Notes: generated from the letters alone by a model not told the origin. Counted from the first letter of the stretch, positions 1 through 12,810 are shown. The stretch is 64,000 bases of DNA from Octopus sinensis (GCF_006345805.1 NC_043017.1:24118001-24182000), one strand, 5' to 3'. Numbers and translations: made by a program.

Positions 1-88
1 CATGGCAATGAGACACGGGCACTGACTGCAGAGGATGTGTAAATGTTAGAGAGTAACGAAGCAAGCATGCCCTGTTGGATGTGTAATG
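1..88 (+). mobile_element. RTE-clade LINE ORF2 relic (post-RT region)
   Basis: Translates as HGNETRALTAEDV*MLESNEASMPCWMCNV, resembling the RTE motif LHGSETWA...RRLERNEASMLRWMC. It ends at the TTAA at 89-92. Confidence 0.7.
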
Positions 89-560
89 TTAACCCCTTAC
101 CCGGCAGAAACGAATATATGCGTTTTGACCGAAATCGTTTTTTTCTATCTCTGGCGAGTTAACTCGTCAAAAGATAGACTCGCCAAAATCGACAGCAAAC
201 GAGTTCCTTCGTCTATTATAAACTCTTTTTTGACATATACGAGTATATTCGCTCACTTTATACGTCTGGCAGTGACAATGAGTCCTTTTGATTTTTTTTC
301 TTTGTATATAGATGAAAGAGTTATAGAGCATGTATTGACTGAAACTAATAAAAAATATGTCTGAAAAAATACATTTATTTTCAAAATAATTGTTGGGTAA
401 GTGGTTAATATGCCTAGACAACGATTTGGTAGAGATGAGCCAACAGAGAAATGAGTTCAGTTGTATAAGAATAAACAGTGCGTTGGTGCAGAGATGTATT
501 CATCTTTTCGAAGCTGATGCTTCACTCTTTTTTATTCCGTTACTCCAAGTTATCCATTCC
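89..560 (+). mobile_element. piggyBac-type DNA transposon remnant (left end plus transposase fragment)
   Basis: TTAA (89-92) is followed by a CCC terminus. 281-358 encodes SPFDFFSLYIDERVIEHVLTETNKKY, matching the piggyBac/PGBD motif SPxxxFxLFFxxxxxxxIVxxTNxYA. Downstream sequence has stops and frameshifts, and no matching right TIR was seen. Confidence 0.7.
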
Positions 561-942
561 TCAAATTATCTTTATACATTTTAAATTAAATTAAATTAAA
601 TTAAATTAAAACGTTAATTTACCTGACAGTTGTCAAAACGTACGTTTCAAGACAGTTAATGTAAGAGAGATAACTCTGCTGCTAATCTATAATCACCAAG
701 TGAAGGGAGATAACTTGATGATATAAAGTTTAAGTGGAAATGGGAGAGTAAACTGTTTGAGGTGAAGTAATTTGTATTGAACTTGTTCGAAAGACCAACA
801 CCGAAGATGTCATCACACGAAACTGAAAGTAACGAAAGGTTTTTAGATATTGCAGACTTGTTAGACTTGTGTCTCAGCACAGAATGGGAATATTAAAACC
901 ATTAACTCCAACAACAACGATGAACGCTGACGCTAATACGTT

Positions 943-1340
943 GGCGTGGCTGTGTGATAAGACATTTGCTTCCCAACTACTGGGTCTCGGGTTCTGTCCC
1001 ACTGCGTGGCACCTTGAGCAAGTGTCTTCTACTATAGCCCCAGACTGATCAAAACCTTGTGGGTGGATTTACTTGGTAGAAACTGAAAGAAATCCATCAC
1101 GTGTGTGTGTGTGTGTGTGTGTCTTTCTGTTGCGTTTATCAGTCACCACTGCTTGACAACCGGTGCTAGGTTTGTTACGTCCACGTAACATCAGCGGTTC
1201 GGCAATAAAAACCAACTGAATAGGTGTCAGGATTACAAACAAACAAAAAAAACTACCAGGGTCGATTTGTTTGCCTAAACCTTTCAAAGAAGTGCTCCAA
1301 CATGGCCACAATCCAATGACAGAAACCAATAAAAGATAAA
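943..1340 (+). mobile_element. tRNA-derived SINE family A (CORE-like), diverged full-length copy
   Basis: It has a tRNA-like head GTGGCTGTGTG...GGTTC, a CORE-like GTGGCACCTTGAGCAAGTGTCTT segment, an internal (TG)n tract and the same 3' half as the copy at 12401. Confidence 0.85.
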
Positions 1341-2329
1341 CGATATAATTCCTTCCTGGTTACAGAATAAACCGCGACCCTCTGGGTTAACTAACTGATA
1401 GCAACTTATAAAAGGCTCTTACCTTAATGCTTGACAAAGAGACAATAATAAATAAAGGTGCAGCTGCTGCTATAGGAAACAGTATCAAGCTACTACGTGC
1501 ACACGAACGGTATTTGTGCAGCAACAGATATCAAACAAATAAACACTTGATACGGGGAACATCCTCAAAAATGACAACAAAAAAATTGTGTACCAAAGCA
1601 GGCAGAAGGGTAACCGTAACTCCTTAAATAATGAAGGGTGCAAGGAGAAAAAAGTGAAGGGTGGAGGTGGTGGTTGTGGTGGTGGTGGTGGTGGTGGTGG
1701 TTTGTAATGTTTGCTAGCAGCTATGTGCTTATGAAGACGGATATGTTAGTAATATATCATTTACATTTTGAATAGTTATATGCAGTGGTTCTTCCAAGTC
1801 CTGATAAACAGCTGTAGACTCACTCACAGAGACTGATGTAGTTAGTGAATCAACACAATGCTTAACACACAAACTAGAAGCTCTGATTGGAAATCATTCG
1901 ATTCAGAACAACTAAAATAAATAAATGTCAATAAAATGAAATAAAAATATTGATAGAAGAGATTAAACAAATAGCAATTGATTGTGAAATCAAGACAGAG
2001 TTTGACCTAAGAAAACTATGAGTAAAGCTCAAAGTGCTAAACTACAGAAAAAACAAAATTAACAGGAAATTATTTAAGAACATGATAAGGCAAAAGTATT
2101 TAATTTAAGCTGTAAATGACAGCTGATAACAACTGAAACAATGTCAGGGCAGTCTAAGGTTCTGTTACATTGTGATATAATAAAGCTTTTTTAAGTCATG
2201 AAGTTTAAAAAAAAAAATTCATTTACTCAATTGCATTTGAAATTAAATAGACCAATCTCACAAAGGGTTTCATAATCATATCATTATCATGTCATCATCA
2301 TCAGTGATGTTGTTAGGGTTAGACGGAAT

Positions 2330-2510
2330 ACTTTGAGGTGGATATTTCTACAGTGGGATGCCCTTCCTGTTGCCAACCCTCACCTGTTTCCAACCAAGGT
2401 AATATTTCCTCAATGCCAGACGTGTTTTCCACAGAAGATTGGAAACGATGGACACCACTCCCATGATGGTTGACACTCGTTTTAGAACTAATGCATAAAG
2501 TCAATGGTAG
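2330..2510 (+). mobile_element. Interspersed repeat fragment (retroposon tail type GGATGCCCTTCCTGTTGCCAACCCTCACCTGTTTCC)
   Basis: Related copies occur at about 5690-5870 and 42560-42720. Confidence 0.6.
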
Positions 2511-3548
2511 GAGACAGAAATACTTCTGCGTGCATGCACACAAACACACACAAACACATGCAAACACACACAAGCACATACATATACAGGCATACATACA
2601 CACACCTACATCCATACACACACCTACATCCATACACACACACACACAAATACATACACACATACATACATACATACATACATACATACATACATACATA
2701 CATACATACAATGGGCTTCTTTCAGTTTTCATCAACCAAATCCACTCACAAGGCTTTGATTGGTACAGTGCTAGAGTAGATGTCACTTGCCCAAGGTGCC
2801 ACACAGTGAGACTGTACTTGAAACCAAGTGTCAGAAAGCAAACTTCTTACCACACAGCCATACCTGCACCCAAACGCAAGACATAACTGGAGAGCTGTCA
2901 TACACAGTCACCAGTAGTTACTCAGGCAGTGGGACAACGATCGCTGATTTGCAATTCTTAGAGACAAAAGAGTTTGTGGGAGAGACAAGCTAAAGGTTTT
3001 ATGCTATGGATTGTTACAGGTGATCAGCACATGCCTCAACAATGAAGCTACCAGCCAACAAGGACCTCAATGGGGTTATGTTACACACTAGAAATAGCAA
3101 ATAAAATCTCCCTCCTATCACACCCTACTGTCTTAGCATTCACATGACTCAGGCAAGACTCAGCTGGCTTTCTGCTCTCACAAATTGTTTATTTTATTTT
3201 GCTTTTATTTTGTTTCCATGCAGGGCCATTTCAGCACATTGTAACTCCCCAAAAGCTCTCATCCCTTTCCACTCGTTTCATGACATTCAACTACCAAATG
3301 GCTATATGCATTTACTGAAAAACTAAAAAAAAAAAAAAATGGTCGCAGTTGGAACGCCTGTGACCGCATATGTGCTACATTGAAGCCAGCTTGGGGCTAT
3401 AAAAAAGCAACCACAACAAAAACAACAGTCTAACCAGGTATAACAGCGTAACATCTGCAGCCTTACTTGAATGTGCCCGCGATAATTGCCCAACAGATGA
3501 CCCTGTTTACTGAACAGACAAGTTAAACTACACAAGAATAATATAGTG

Positions 3549-3696
3549 CAGTGGCTCCCAATCTGTGGTCCGCAACGGTACTACTAGGGGTCCGTGAACA
3601 TGTTAAGCTGACAGACTCTTCAATATCCTGGGGTCCAAGGCAAAAACTCATTTAAGTAAAAGAGGTCCTTGGCAGTGAAAAGGTTGGAAACCACTC
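3549..3696. mobile_element. hAT-type MITE
   Basis: Termini CAGTGGCTCCCAATC / GGTTGGAAACCACTC are imperfect TIRs. The flanking 8-mers ATATAGTG / ATACAGTA match at 6 of 8 positions, consistent with a decayed 8-bp TSD. Confidence 0.7.
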
Positions 3697-3862
3697 ATAC
3701 AGTATTTACATTTGATGGATATTTGTCCTCATCTTGTTTGTTGTTAACACAACGTTGTGTTAACAACAAAGAAGATGAGGACAAATGTCCATCAAATGTA
3801 AATAAAGTACATAATTTATCATACCTTAAATATAGAACTGTATCTATTCATACAGTCTTTTC

Positions 3863-4444
3863 TACTCTAGGCACAAGGCCCAAAATTTTTGGAGTGTAGT
3901 GGGGGTAGCAGTTGATTAGATCGACCCTGTACGCAACAGGTACTTAATTTATCAACCCCGAAAGGATGAATGGCAAAGTCGATCTCGGCGGAATTTGAAC
4001 TCAGAACATAAAGACAGACGAAATGCCTATTTCTTTACTACCCACAGGGAGCTAAACACAGAGAGGATAAACAAGGACAGACAAACGGATTAAGTCGATT
4101 ATATCGACCCCAGTGCATAACTGGTACTTATTTAACCGACCCCGAAAGGATGAAAGGCAAAATCGACCTCGGCGGAATTTGAACTCAGAACGTAGCGGCA
4201 GACAAAATACCTATTTCTTTACTACCAACAAGGGGCTAAACACAGAGGGGACAAACAAGGACAGACAAACGGATTAAGTCGATTATATCGACCCCAGTGC
4301 GTAACTGGTACTTATTTAATCGACCCCGAAAGCATGAAAGGCAAAGTTGACCTCGGCGGAATTTGAGCTCAGAACGTAGCGGCAGACGAAATACCGCTAA
4401 GCCTGTCGCCCGGCGTGCTAACGTTTCTGCCAGTTCACCGCCTT
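3863..4444 (-). mobile_element. tRNA-derived SINE family B with a tandemly repeated ~184-bp internal unit
   Basis: The minus-strand head reads GGCGGTGAACTGGCAGAAACGTTAGCACGCC...TGAGCTCAAATTCCGCCGAGG. The marker CTATTTCTTTACTACC recurs at 4027 and 4211 (period 184). Confidence 0.85.
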
Positions 4445-4982
4445 GAACCACTGATAAACTGTCAGGACAATAAAAACGGTTTATATTACAAGGGAGATTA
4501 TTCAATGTTCCACCAGTGTTAGTCGCAAAAAAATAATAATAAATGGGAGTTATCTCCCTTACATTCATACACTTTTGTATTTGTTTTTTTTTCCTTCGAA
4601 TAACTGAATTTTAAATTAGCAAGAAACCTGTTCATTTTGAAATTTTAAAAAAAATCGAGTTTCTCAGCCAAACAAACACTGTCGTACATTTTTTATCGAC
4701 CCCCCCCCTACCAATAAGAAAATGAAGGATAAAGTCAACGTCGACAGAATCTGAACTGAGAACACTAAATCCGAAGAAACACCATTAAGCATTTTGTCTG
4801 ATGTTCTAGCAATTCTGCAAGCTCCACCGGCTTTAAATTAGGAAGAATACGAAAAGGCATTTCAATAATTCATAGCAAACATGTATGAAACTAAGAAATG
4901 TAATGAACTTAGTTTTCTTCTTCGTGTTTTAATTAATTTGTACTTCCCTCTATGTGTATTATTGCCCTTATGTCTATGCAAA

Positions 4983-5340
4983 GGCGCATGGCTTAGTGGT
5001 TAAAGCATTCGGCTTACAATCGTAAGGTCGTGAGATCGATAGCCAGCGGCGCGTTAGTCTTCCACGTTGCTCCAGTCCAGTCAGCTGGCAAAAATGAGCA
5101 GTACCTGCATTTCAAAGGGCCAGCCTTGTCACATTCTGCGTTGCCAGCCTTGTCACATTCTGCGTTGCCAGCCTTGTCACATTCTGCGTTGCCCTGAATT
5201 TCCCTGAGAACTATGTTAAGGGTACACGTGTCTGTGGAGTGCTAAGCCACTTGCACGTTAATTTCATAGGCAGGCTGTTCTATTGATTAGATAAACTAGC
5301 ACTCACCCTCGTCGTCGTAACCGACAGAGTGCCAGTTGTG
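4983..5340 (+). mobile_element. tRNA-derived SINE family C with an internal 24-bp triplication
   Basis: It has an A-box TGGCTTAGTGG, a degenerate B-box GAGATCGATAGC and the domain CACGTTGCTCCAGTCCAGTCAGCTGG. GCCAGCCTTGTCACATTCTGCGTT occurs three times at 5119-5190. Confidence 0.8.
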
Positions 5341-7449
5341 TCTATCAGCAATTATTTTTCACTCTTTAGGGAAAGGGACTTTGTTCTTGTAATACTGTAA
5401 CACAACAGATTGTTATAATAATAAGAAAGAGTCTTGCTCTTTTCTTGCTTGGCAGTAATTTATTAAGACTGACTTCAAAGCTTTAGTTCTTACTGAAGTT
5501 TGTCTTGTCTCTTATACAATAACTACTTAATTGGAACTGTCATGTGTTACAATATATTCCAGTCAGGTATGCTGAATGACATGCAAAAAAATATGCTTTT
5601 CTTAATTGCTTCCAAGTTTTAATTGGGATACTTTTCTTATGATCACCATTCAACACCCACGTTTCATTGCATGTATGGGTCAGGCGGAATTTGATGGATG
5701 CAGATTTTCCACAGCTGTATGCCCCTAATGCTGTCAATCCTCCCCTGTTTCCAAGCAAGGTAAATATTTTCCTGTGGCTGGACAGGTTTGTCATGGAAGA
5801 CAAAAAATAAACAACATCGTTTGTGTGATGATGATGATGATGATGCTCATTTACAAATGCCACATGTCCAGACAAGGACACACACACACACACGCACGCA
5901 CACACGACAAACTTCTTTCAGTTTCTGTCTCCCACATCCTCTCACAAGACTTTGGTCAACCTGAGTCTACAGCAGGAGACACTTGCCCAAGGTGCCATGC
6001 AAATTGGACTTGAACCCATGACTGCATGATCAAGAAGCAAGCTTTTCAACCACAAAACCACTGCCTATGCCTACATGGCCATGCCTGCACCTAACCCACT
6101 AAATTAAAACACTCCCTATTTATGTAGTCTCCATTTCAGGATTCTTCTATACTCGCTAAAACATTCTTACTACATATTCTAACTTACCCCAATTCAAAGA
6201 ACAAGTCTACAATACTTCTCTGCTTCTGTGTTCACACCTCATATCATTACTTTGACATTTTCACACTGACATCACCAAGTCACAACAGCAAAAGTTTTAA
6301 ATGACATTTCTACCGTTACTTTCTCTCGCTCATCACTTCCACTAACACCAAAGCTGCTTCTGACATTGTCAATATTGCAACTCAAGCGAATATTCCTTTC
6401 CATCAAATCCACAAGTACAATGTGTGTTAGGCTTTATGCTCTAACCTCTCATCATCTGACATAAAGCCACTTCGATCAATACTGCGTCTGCCTTGTCTTC
6501 CAAGTCAGTCGGTGATCTCACTGCAGTTGGTGCCATATAAAAAGCACCCCAGCTCACTCTGAAATTGGTTAGCATCAGGAAAGACATCCAGTCATAGAAA
6601 TTATGCAAAAGCAAACAGCAGAGCTTGGTGTAATCCCTCCAGCTTGCCAGTCTCTGTCCCATACCAACATGGAACACAGATGTTAAATAATAATCATGAT
6701 AATGATGATGACAATAACGGCTTCAACCATAGTTTTCATACATAGGTTAAATCAACAGAGATTACTGGAATGTTTTGCTATGTCAACACTGCCTTGTGAA
6801 GCAGATTACTTTTCATCTATGTCAATTTGGACATGCAGTGTATATCATGAAACTAATTCAGAGAACTATTTCTTTTGATAACAAAGTTACACTCTCTCTT
6901 CCTACTTATCTATCTATCTATCTATCCAGTATAAAGTTTTTTAAGAAGTGTTATGTTTTGATGAAACACACATAGTGACAGCTGTACATTTTTAGTGATT
7001 GAAGAATGAACAAGGTATGGTCTGTTATTTAGCCCAGGTCAGGTCAGCCCAAGACTGAGTAAAATAAAACTGAGATCAAACGATTTGGCAATTGTGCCTT
7101 ATTAAACCCATCTGTCCAGAAACATTTATTTTATTAATAGATAATAACAGGGATTCGTGATATGAAGACCAACAAGTTGTATATATTGAATAGCAGAGAA
7201 TAGGCTGGGAGACTGAAGTGTGTGTGAGAAAAGCTGCACAGTATTGCGAACTCATCCAACCCATACTAGAGAGAAATGGATGCAAAAATCCTGATGATTA
7301 TGGAAAAAGAAGAAAACGATGACAATGGAAATATATTTCATCAACAGAAAGACGGAAAACAATGATGATGTTAACTAAGTACAACCAGATGGAGAGAAGA
7401 GTAAATTAATCAGTGAGGCCTTCACTGGATCTCTGCACAATGCAATGTT

Positions 7450-7501
<52 letters not shown>

Positions 7502-8931
7502 CACTGAAGGAGATTGTGTACAATGTATGCTACTGCACACAATAGGTTTATTAACATCGCCGCTGTATTATTTACAAGATTAACACAATTGGCAAAGATG
7601 AAAAGCTGGGCAAGGGGGGGAGGGCACGGGTTTAAAAGCAAAGCTACATACAAAATTACTTTAGGTTTTACAATTGTGTAACAAACAATCCTCAACAATT
7701 AACTGTCTATCAACTCAACAATAACAATCATCATCATCATCATCATCATTGTCATCATGATGAGTGTTTCTCTATGCAAGCACAGGTATTGGAGAGGGGG
7801 GAGGTTGGAGGCTTATGATACAGCATCTCTCCATACAATTTCATTCTTTGTCAATTCCTTATTGATCTCCCAATATCATTACATTTGACCCCACTGCTGC
7901 TGTTAAATTCCTTGCATGGAGGGTGAATAGCTCAAGGAGCTGATTTAATACTGAACCAAGCATTGATGAGCTGAAACCACTCTTGCCTATATTTCATCAA
8001 TTCTTTATCAGTGCCATGTAAAATGCACTCATGCCAGGACTGTGTAAATGCACCATGCCGGCAGAAGGTAAAATGCACCCAGCACACTTTGTAATGTGGT
8101 CGACGTTAGGAAACGCATCCAACTGTTGAAATCATGTCAAAACATACAACTGGAGTCTGAACAGCTCCCCAGCTGGCTAGCTCCTGTTAAGCCATCCAAC
8201 CCATACCAGCATGTAAAATGGATGTTAAACGACGATGATGATGATGATGAAAGAATTCTGTCAGCTCATTTGAACCCAACCTACATGAGAAAAGCACTAT
8301 TCCCATGATATGAAACTGCTTTAAAGATGTTCATACTATAAGAGAACAAAGGTAGAGGTATCAGGCTCAATAGTACATTACTGAGTCTGATAGCCCCACC
8401 CTAGTTCTATTAATTTTGAAAATAATATGGTAGTGATTTTAACAAACTTCCTGTTTTAAAATGATGTAAACTATAATCGTCCATCGAAATCCCATTTAAG
8501 TTTATGTTCCACACTATCTTAATAACTGTTTCAACTTTCAGCACAAGGTCAGCAATTTGGAGTACACTGACCCTGGTCCTTGACTGGTACGACATTTTAG
8601 TGACTCCAAAAGAATGAAAGACAAAGTTAACCTGGGCAAAATATGAACTCAGAATGTAAAGACCTGAAACAAACACTGCTTAGCATTTCGTGTGATTTGC
8701 TAACAATTCCGTCAGCTCAACAAAATGATTTTACTAAGCAACTACATTGTGGAAGAGCCATTTAATAAACACACAGAATTACAAAATTCACTTTAAATTT
8801 GTTTCATGAGAGGTTCAAATCTTCACAGCACAACTGTGACCTGCTTATTGACAACAGAGTTGCGGAGGAATTGTGTTAGAGACTCAGGCTGCTGTTGAAC
8901 AATGAAAATTCCAATACTTCATGAAACAGAT

Positions 8932-9180
8932 TTAACCCTTCATCATTCAAACAGGCCATATTTAGCCTTGGGCTGGATACAGCCTGTTTAAATTCTACCT
9001 GTTTTATGTTCAAACCAGCTAGATCTGGCCTCTCACACCTATCCTACAATGTCATTCTAAAAATATACAATCACATCATTGAAATCTCAAAGCCACAAGA
9101 TGAATGCATGATTAATTCAAAACAATGTGAATAAATAGGCATTACATTGGATAGAGAAATCTGAATGCTGAAGAACTGAA
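8932..9180. mobile_element. TTAA-CCC MITE family 2 (piggyBac-like ends)
   Basis: It starts TTAACCCTT. Reverse-orientation relatives occur at about 48060-48260 and 58773-58990. Confidence 0.6.
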
Positions 9181-9558
9181 GTGAATTTTAAAGTTTTGTG
9201 TGTTATTAAATGGCTTTTCCATGATGGAGTTGCTTCAGTTTCAACCCATTGTCTCAGATCAAGTCACTTGCAAGACAAATACAATTCTGAAATTATTTTA
9301 CTATTATATTCAAAATTATATTCAAAATTAATTGAAAAAAAAACACTGTGTATTTCAACAGAAATATGGTAGCAAAAGTATCAAACTAAAAGCTTCCTTC
9401 ATAATTTTATGCAAGAACTTGTTGATTTTTGTTCTAAACACAAGCTGAACATTTCAGTTAATGTATTTTTGTGGAAATACACTGCTTTTTGTTTCAACAA
9501 ATTTTGAAAATAACAAAAAGAACTTAGTAAAATAACTGTCATTATTAAGCTGGTGTGA

Positions 9559-9890
9559 AGGCACATAGCTCAGTGGTTAGAGCATAGAGCTTACAATCGT
9601 GGGGTTGTGAGTTTGATTCTTGGACCGGGCTGTGTGTTGTGTTCTTGAGCAAGACACTTTATTTTACATTGCTCCAGTTCACTCAGCTGTAGAAATGAGT
9701 TGCAACATCACTGGTGCCAAGCTGTATCGGCCTTTGCCTTTCCCTTGGATAACATCAGTGATGTAGAGAGGAGAGGCTGGTATGCATGGGCGACTGCTAG
9801 CCTTCCACAAACAATCTTGCCCTGACTTGTGTCTCGGAGGGTAACTTTCAAAGTGCAATCCCATGGTCATTCATGACCGAAGGGGGTCTT
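9559..9890 (+). mobile_element. tRNA-derived SINE family C variant, inserted in a TTAA-MITE family 1 remnant
   Basis: Head GGCACATAGCTCAGTGGTTAG...GAGTTTGATTC, then CTTGAGCAAGACACTT. The MITE sequence AAGCTGGTGT resumes at about 9898. A reverse copy lies at about 14770-15092. Confidence 0.75.
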
Positions 9891-10299
9891 CTCCTATTAA
9901 GCTGGTGTTTGGAACATAAATTAACATGAAACTTTGATGGATGGTTTTCATTAAGATCCCTTTAAAATAGGAAGTTTATATCACAAACATGGATTTGATA
10001 TTAGGCAGGTTAGTATGAAGAGTTAATGATGAAGTAAAGTATTTAACTAGATTTCTCAAAATTTTTTTCTTTTCAAAATAAACTGAAGCACATAAGCAGT
10101 GTCTTTCATTAGAAATATGATCAGGAAAAAGTTAAATGTCAGTAAACGAAGATCTGCCCTGATATACTTGCACTTCATGGCTGAGAGAAGCCCAACAGAT
10201 AAGAGCAAATAGTAATATCATTCATATAAATGTCAAATTTTGCAGAGCCTAACCAAACATATCCTGCACACACATATATGTGTGTGTGTGTGTGTAATC

Positions 10300-10650
10300 A
10301 TCATCATCAGCATCTCATCATTTAATGTTTGTCGTCCATGCTGGCATGGGTTGGACAGTTTGACAGAAGCTGGTAAGCCTGGGGACTGCGCCAAGCTCCA
10401 CTGCCTGCTTTGGCATGGCTTTTACAGCTGGGTGCCCTTCCTAACACCAGCCGCTTTACCAAGTGGACTGAATACTTTTTATGCGGCGCCACTACCAGCA
10501 CAACCACCACATAACTTGCAAGACAAAAACACCTTAACTGAAAGGGTGGGGGGGTGGAATTGAAGGAAGTAGCTTTGTGCCACGTGATGAGTGGTTAAAC
10601 CCTGATAGATGGACAGAAGCAAGTATCTTGCTGTAGAGGGGATACATGGT
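10300..10650 (-). mobile_element. LINE 3' tail (RTE-type, (GAT)n tail)
   Basis: Reverse complement of ...TTAGGAAGGGCAtCCAGCTGTA...CCAACCCATGCCAGCATGGA...GATGATGAT. Related tails occur at about 6500-6700, 8040-8250, 17596-17735, 21150-21415, 26825-27025, 28640-28800, 36340-36660, 39467-39595, 39985-40170, 41130-41300 and 50150-50300. Confidence 0.75.
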
Positions 10651-10780
10651 TATCCTAGTTGGAGTGAAAGAAAGAACAGAGACAGAGAGAAACTAACTGA
10701 AAGGTGAAGACCATAATTCCAAGACTTCTGAAAATTCAAAAAATTTTTATTAATAAAATTTTTTCCTGTGCAATTGCAAA

Positions 10781-10818
<38 letters not shown>

Positions 10819-11422
10819 TTGCCCAAGGTGCCACACAGCGGGATTGAACACAAAACCATGTGGTTGGATAGCAAGCTTCTTACCACACAGCCACGCCTGC
10901 ACCATAACGAACATTTTTTAAATATTTGAAAAGAAAAGATATTTTTTTAAAACATTGATGTAATTAGTGAGATCACTCATTTAATCTATATCATCACTAA
11001 TTATAAAACAGCAAATAACTAATCATTGCATCAGAGGCCAAATAACAATTTTCTTCTCCTAAATCGGAGATAACATTCTTTTAACAATAATTGCATATTA
11101 AAAATGCTTTACAATTAGGATGTTGTTGTTTTGTTTAGCTCCAGGTCAGCCTGACCGAGCAGATCTAGGATCAAAGGCATTCCAACCATGACTATCCAAT
11201 CTTTTTTCTTTTTTCTTTTTTCCTTTTTCTTTTTCAAGATTACATGCAAGCATGGCTGTGTGATAAGAAGTTTGATTCCTAATCACATGGTTCTAGGTTC
11301 AGTCCCACTGCATTCCCCTTTGTGCTTGTGTATTCTTCTACAACTTTGGCCAGACCAAAACCTTGTAACTAGATTTGGTAGGCGGAGACTAGAAGAAGCC
11401 CATTGTGTATGTATATATGTAT

Positions 11423-11423
11423 G

Positions 11424-11478
<55 letters not shown>

Positions 11479-11576
11479 GTAGATAGATAGACAGATAGAT
11501 AGATAGACAGACAGACAGGTAGACAGATAGACAGACAGGTAGATAGACAGATAGACAGACAGGTAGATAGATAGAC

Positions 11577-11644
<68 letters not shown>

Positions 11645-11683
11645 GATAGATAGATAGATAGATAGATAGATATAGATAGATAG

Positions 11684-11759
<76 letters not shown>

Positions 11760-11860
11760 GATAGATAGATAGATGATAGATAGATAGATAGATAGACAGA
11801 TAGACAGGTAGACAGACAGACAGACAGATAGACAGGTAGACAGATAGATAGAGAGATAGG
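11423..11860. repeat. (ATAG)n/(ACAG)n tetranucleotide microsatellite
   Basis: Directly visible. It occupies the microsatellite position after a family A SINE head (11265-11410). Confidence 0.97.
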
Positions 11861-12400
11861 TAGGTGGGCATGTAGGAAGATAAATATCAGTAGATTAGAT
11901 AAAGACATATATATATATATAGATATGTGTGTGTGTGTATTGTTTAGTATAATTCAGGTGAATGTGTAAGAGTATTTGTGCATTGTACAGTTTTTCTCTC
12001 ACACCTGGTGTGGTAGGTGCATATGAAAACTTGCAAAATCTAAGTCACCCCACCCATACTGACAACAAAAGGTTTAAAATAAGAAAGAATGTGAAAATAC
12101 TGCAAGTCAACAGCAACAAGAGGGGAAACTAAAATGCAAATCCTTACCAAGATGTTTGAAGAGAGAGACAAACGCAAGGGTGGCAGGGTACGAGTTACCA
12201 GGTTATGTTCAGAACACATTCTTTTGCATTAGCTACAAACAATGAAAAGAGGAGAGAGAGAGAGACGTGGAGAGAGGGAGGGAAGAAATTGAGATATGAG
12301 AAAGAGAGAGAGAGAGAGAGAATGAAGTGTGGATTGGGTGAGGTGTGTTCAAACCTTCACATTTTGCTGTTTTCAAACTAAATTTTGCCTTATAGGCACA

Positions 12401-12567
12401 GGAGTGGCTGTGTGGTAAGTAACTTGCAAACCAACCACATGGTTCCGGGTTCAGTCCCACTGCGTGGCATCTTGGGCAAGTGTCTTCTGCTATAGCCCCG
12501 GGCCGACCAAAGCCTTGTGAGTGGATTTGGTAGACAGAAACTGAAAGAAGCCTGTCGTATATATGTG

Positions 12568-12600
<33 letters not shown>

Positions 12601-12810
12601 TTGTGTGTCTGTGTTTGTCCCCCTAGCATTGCTTGACAACCGATGCTGGTGTGTTTACGTCCCCGTCACTTAGCGGTTCGGCAAAAGAGACCGATAGAAT
12701 AAGTACTGGGCTTACAAAGAATAAGCCCCGGGGTCGATTTGCTCGACTAAAGGCCGTGCTCCAGCATGGCCGCAGTCAAATGACTGAAACAAGTAAAAGA
12801 GTAAAAGAAT
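12401..12810 (+). mobile_element. tRNA-derived SINE family A, young full-length copy
   Basis: Structure is GGAGTGGCTGTGTGGTAAG...GGGTTCAGTCCC (A/B boxes), a CORE-like block, an internal TA/TG tract, a 3' half and a GTAAAAGA-repeat tail. It is nearly identical to the copies at 20674, 48555 and 60897. Confidence 0.92.

Noticed and set aside
2312-2325. TTAGGG telomeric-like motif
   Set aside because: Fewer than two full units, so it is not an interstitial telomeric array.
12401-12470. tRNA genes at SINE heads (also 4983, 9559 and 46410)
   Set aside because: A and B boxes are present, but there is no complete cloverleaf or acceptor stem, and the heads run directly into SINE bodies.
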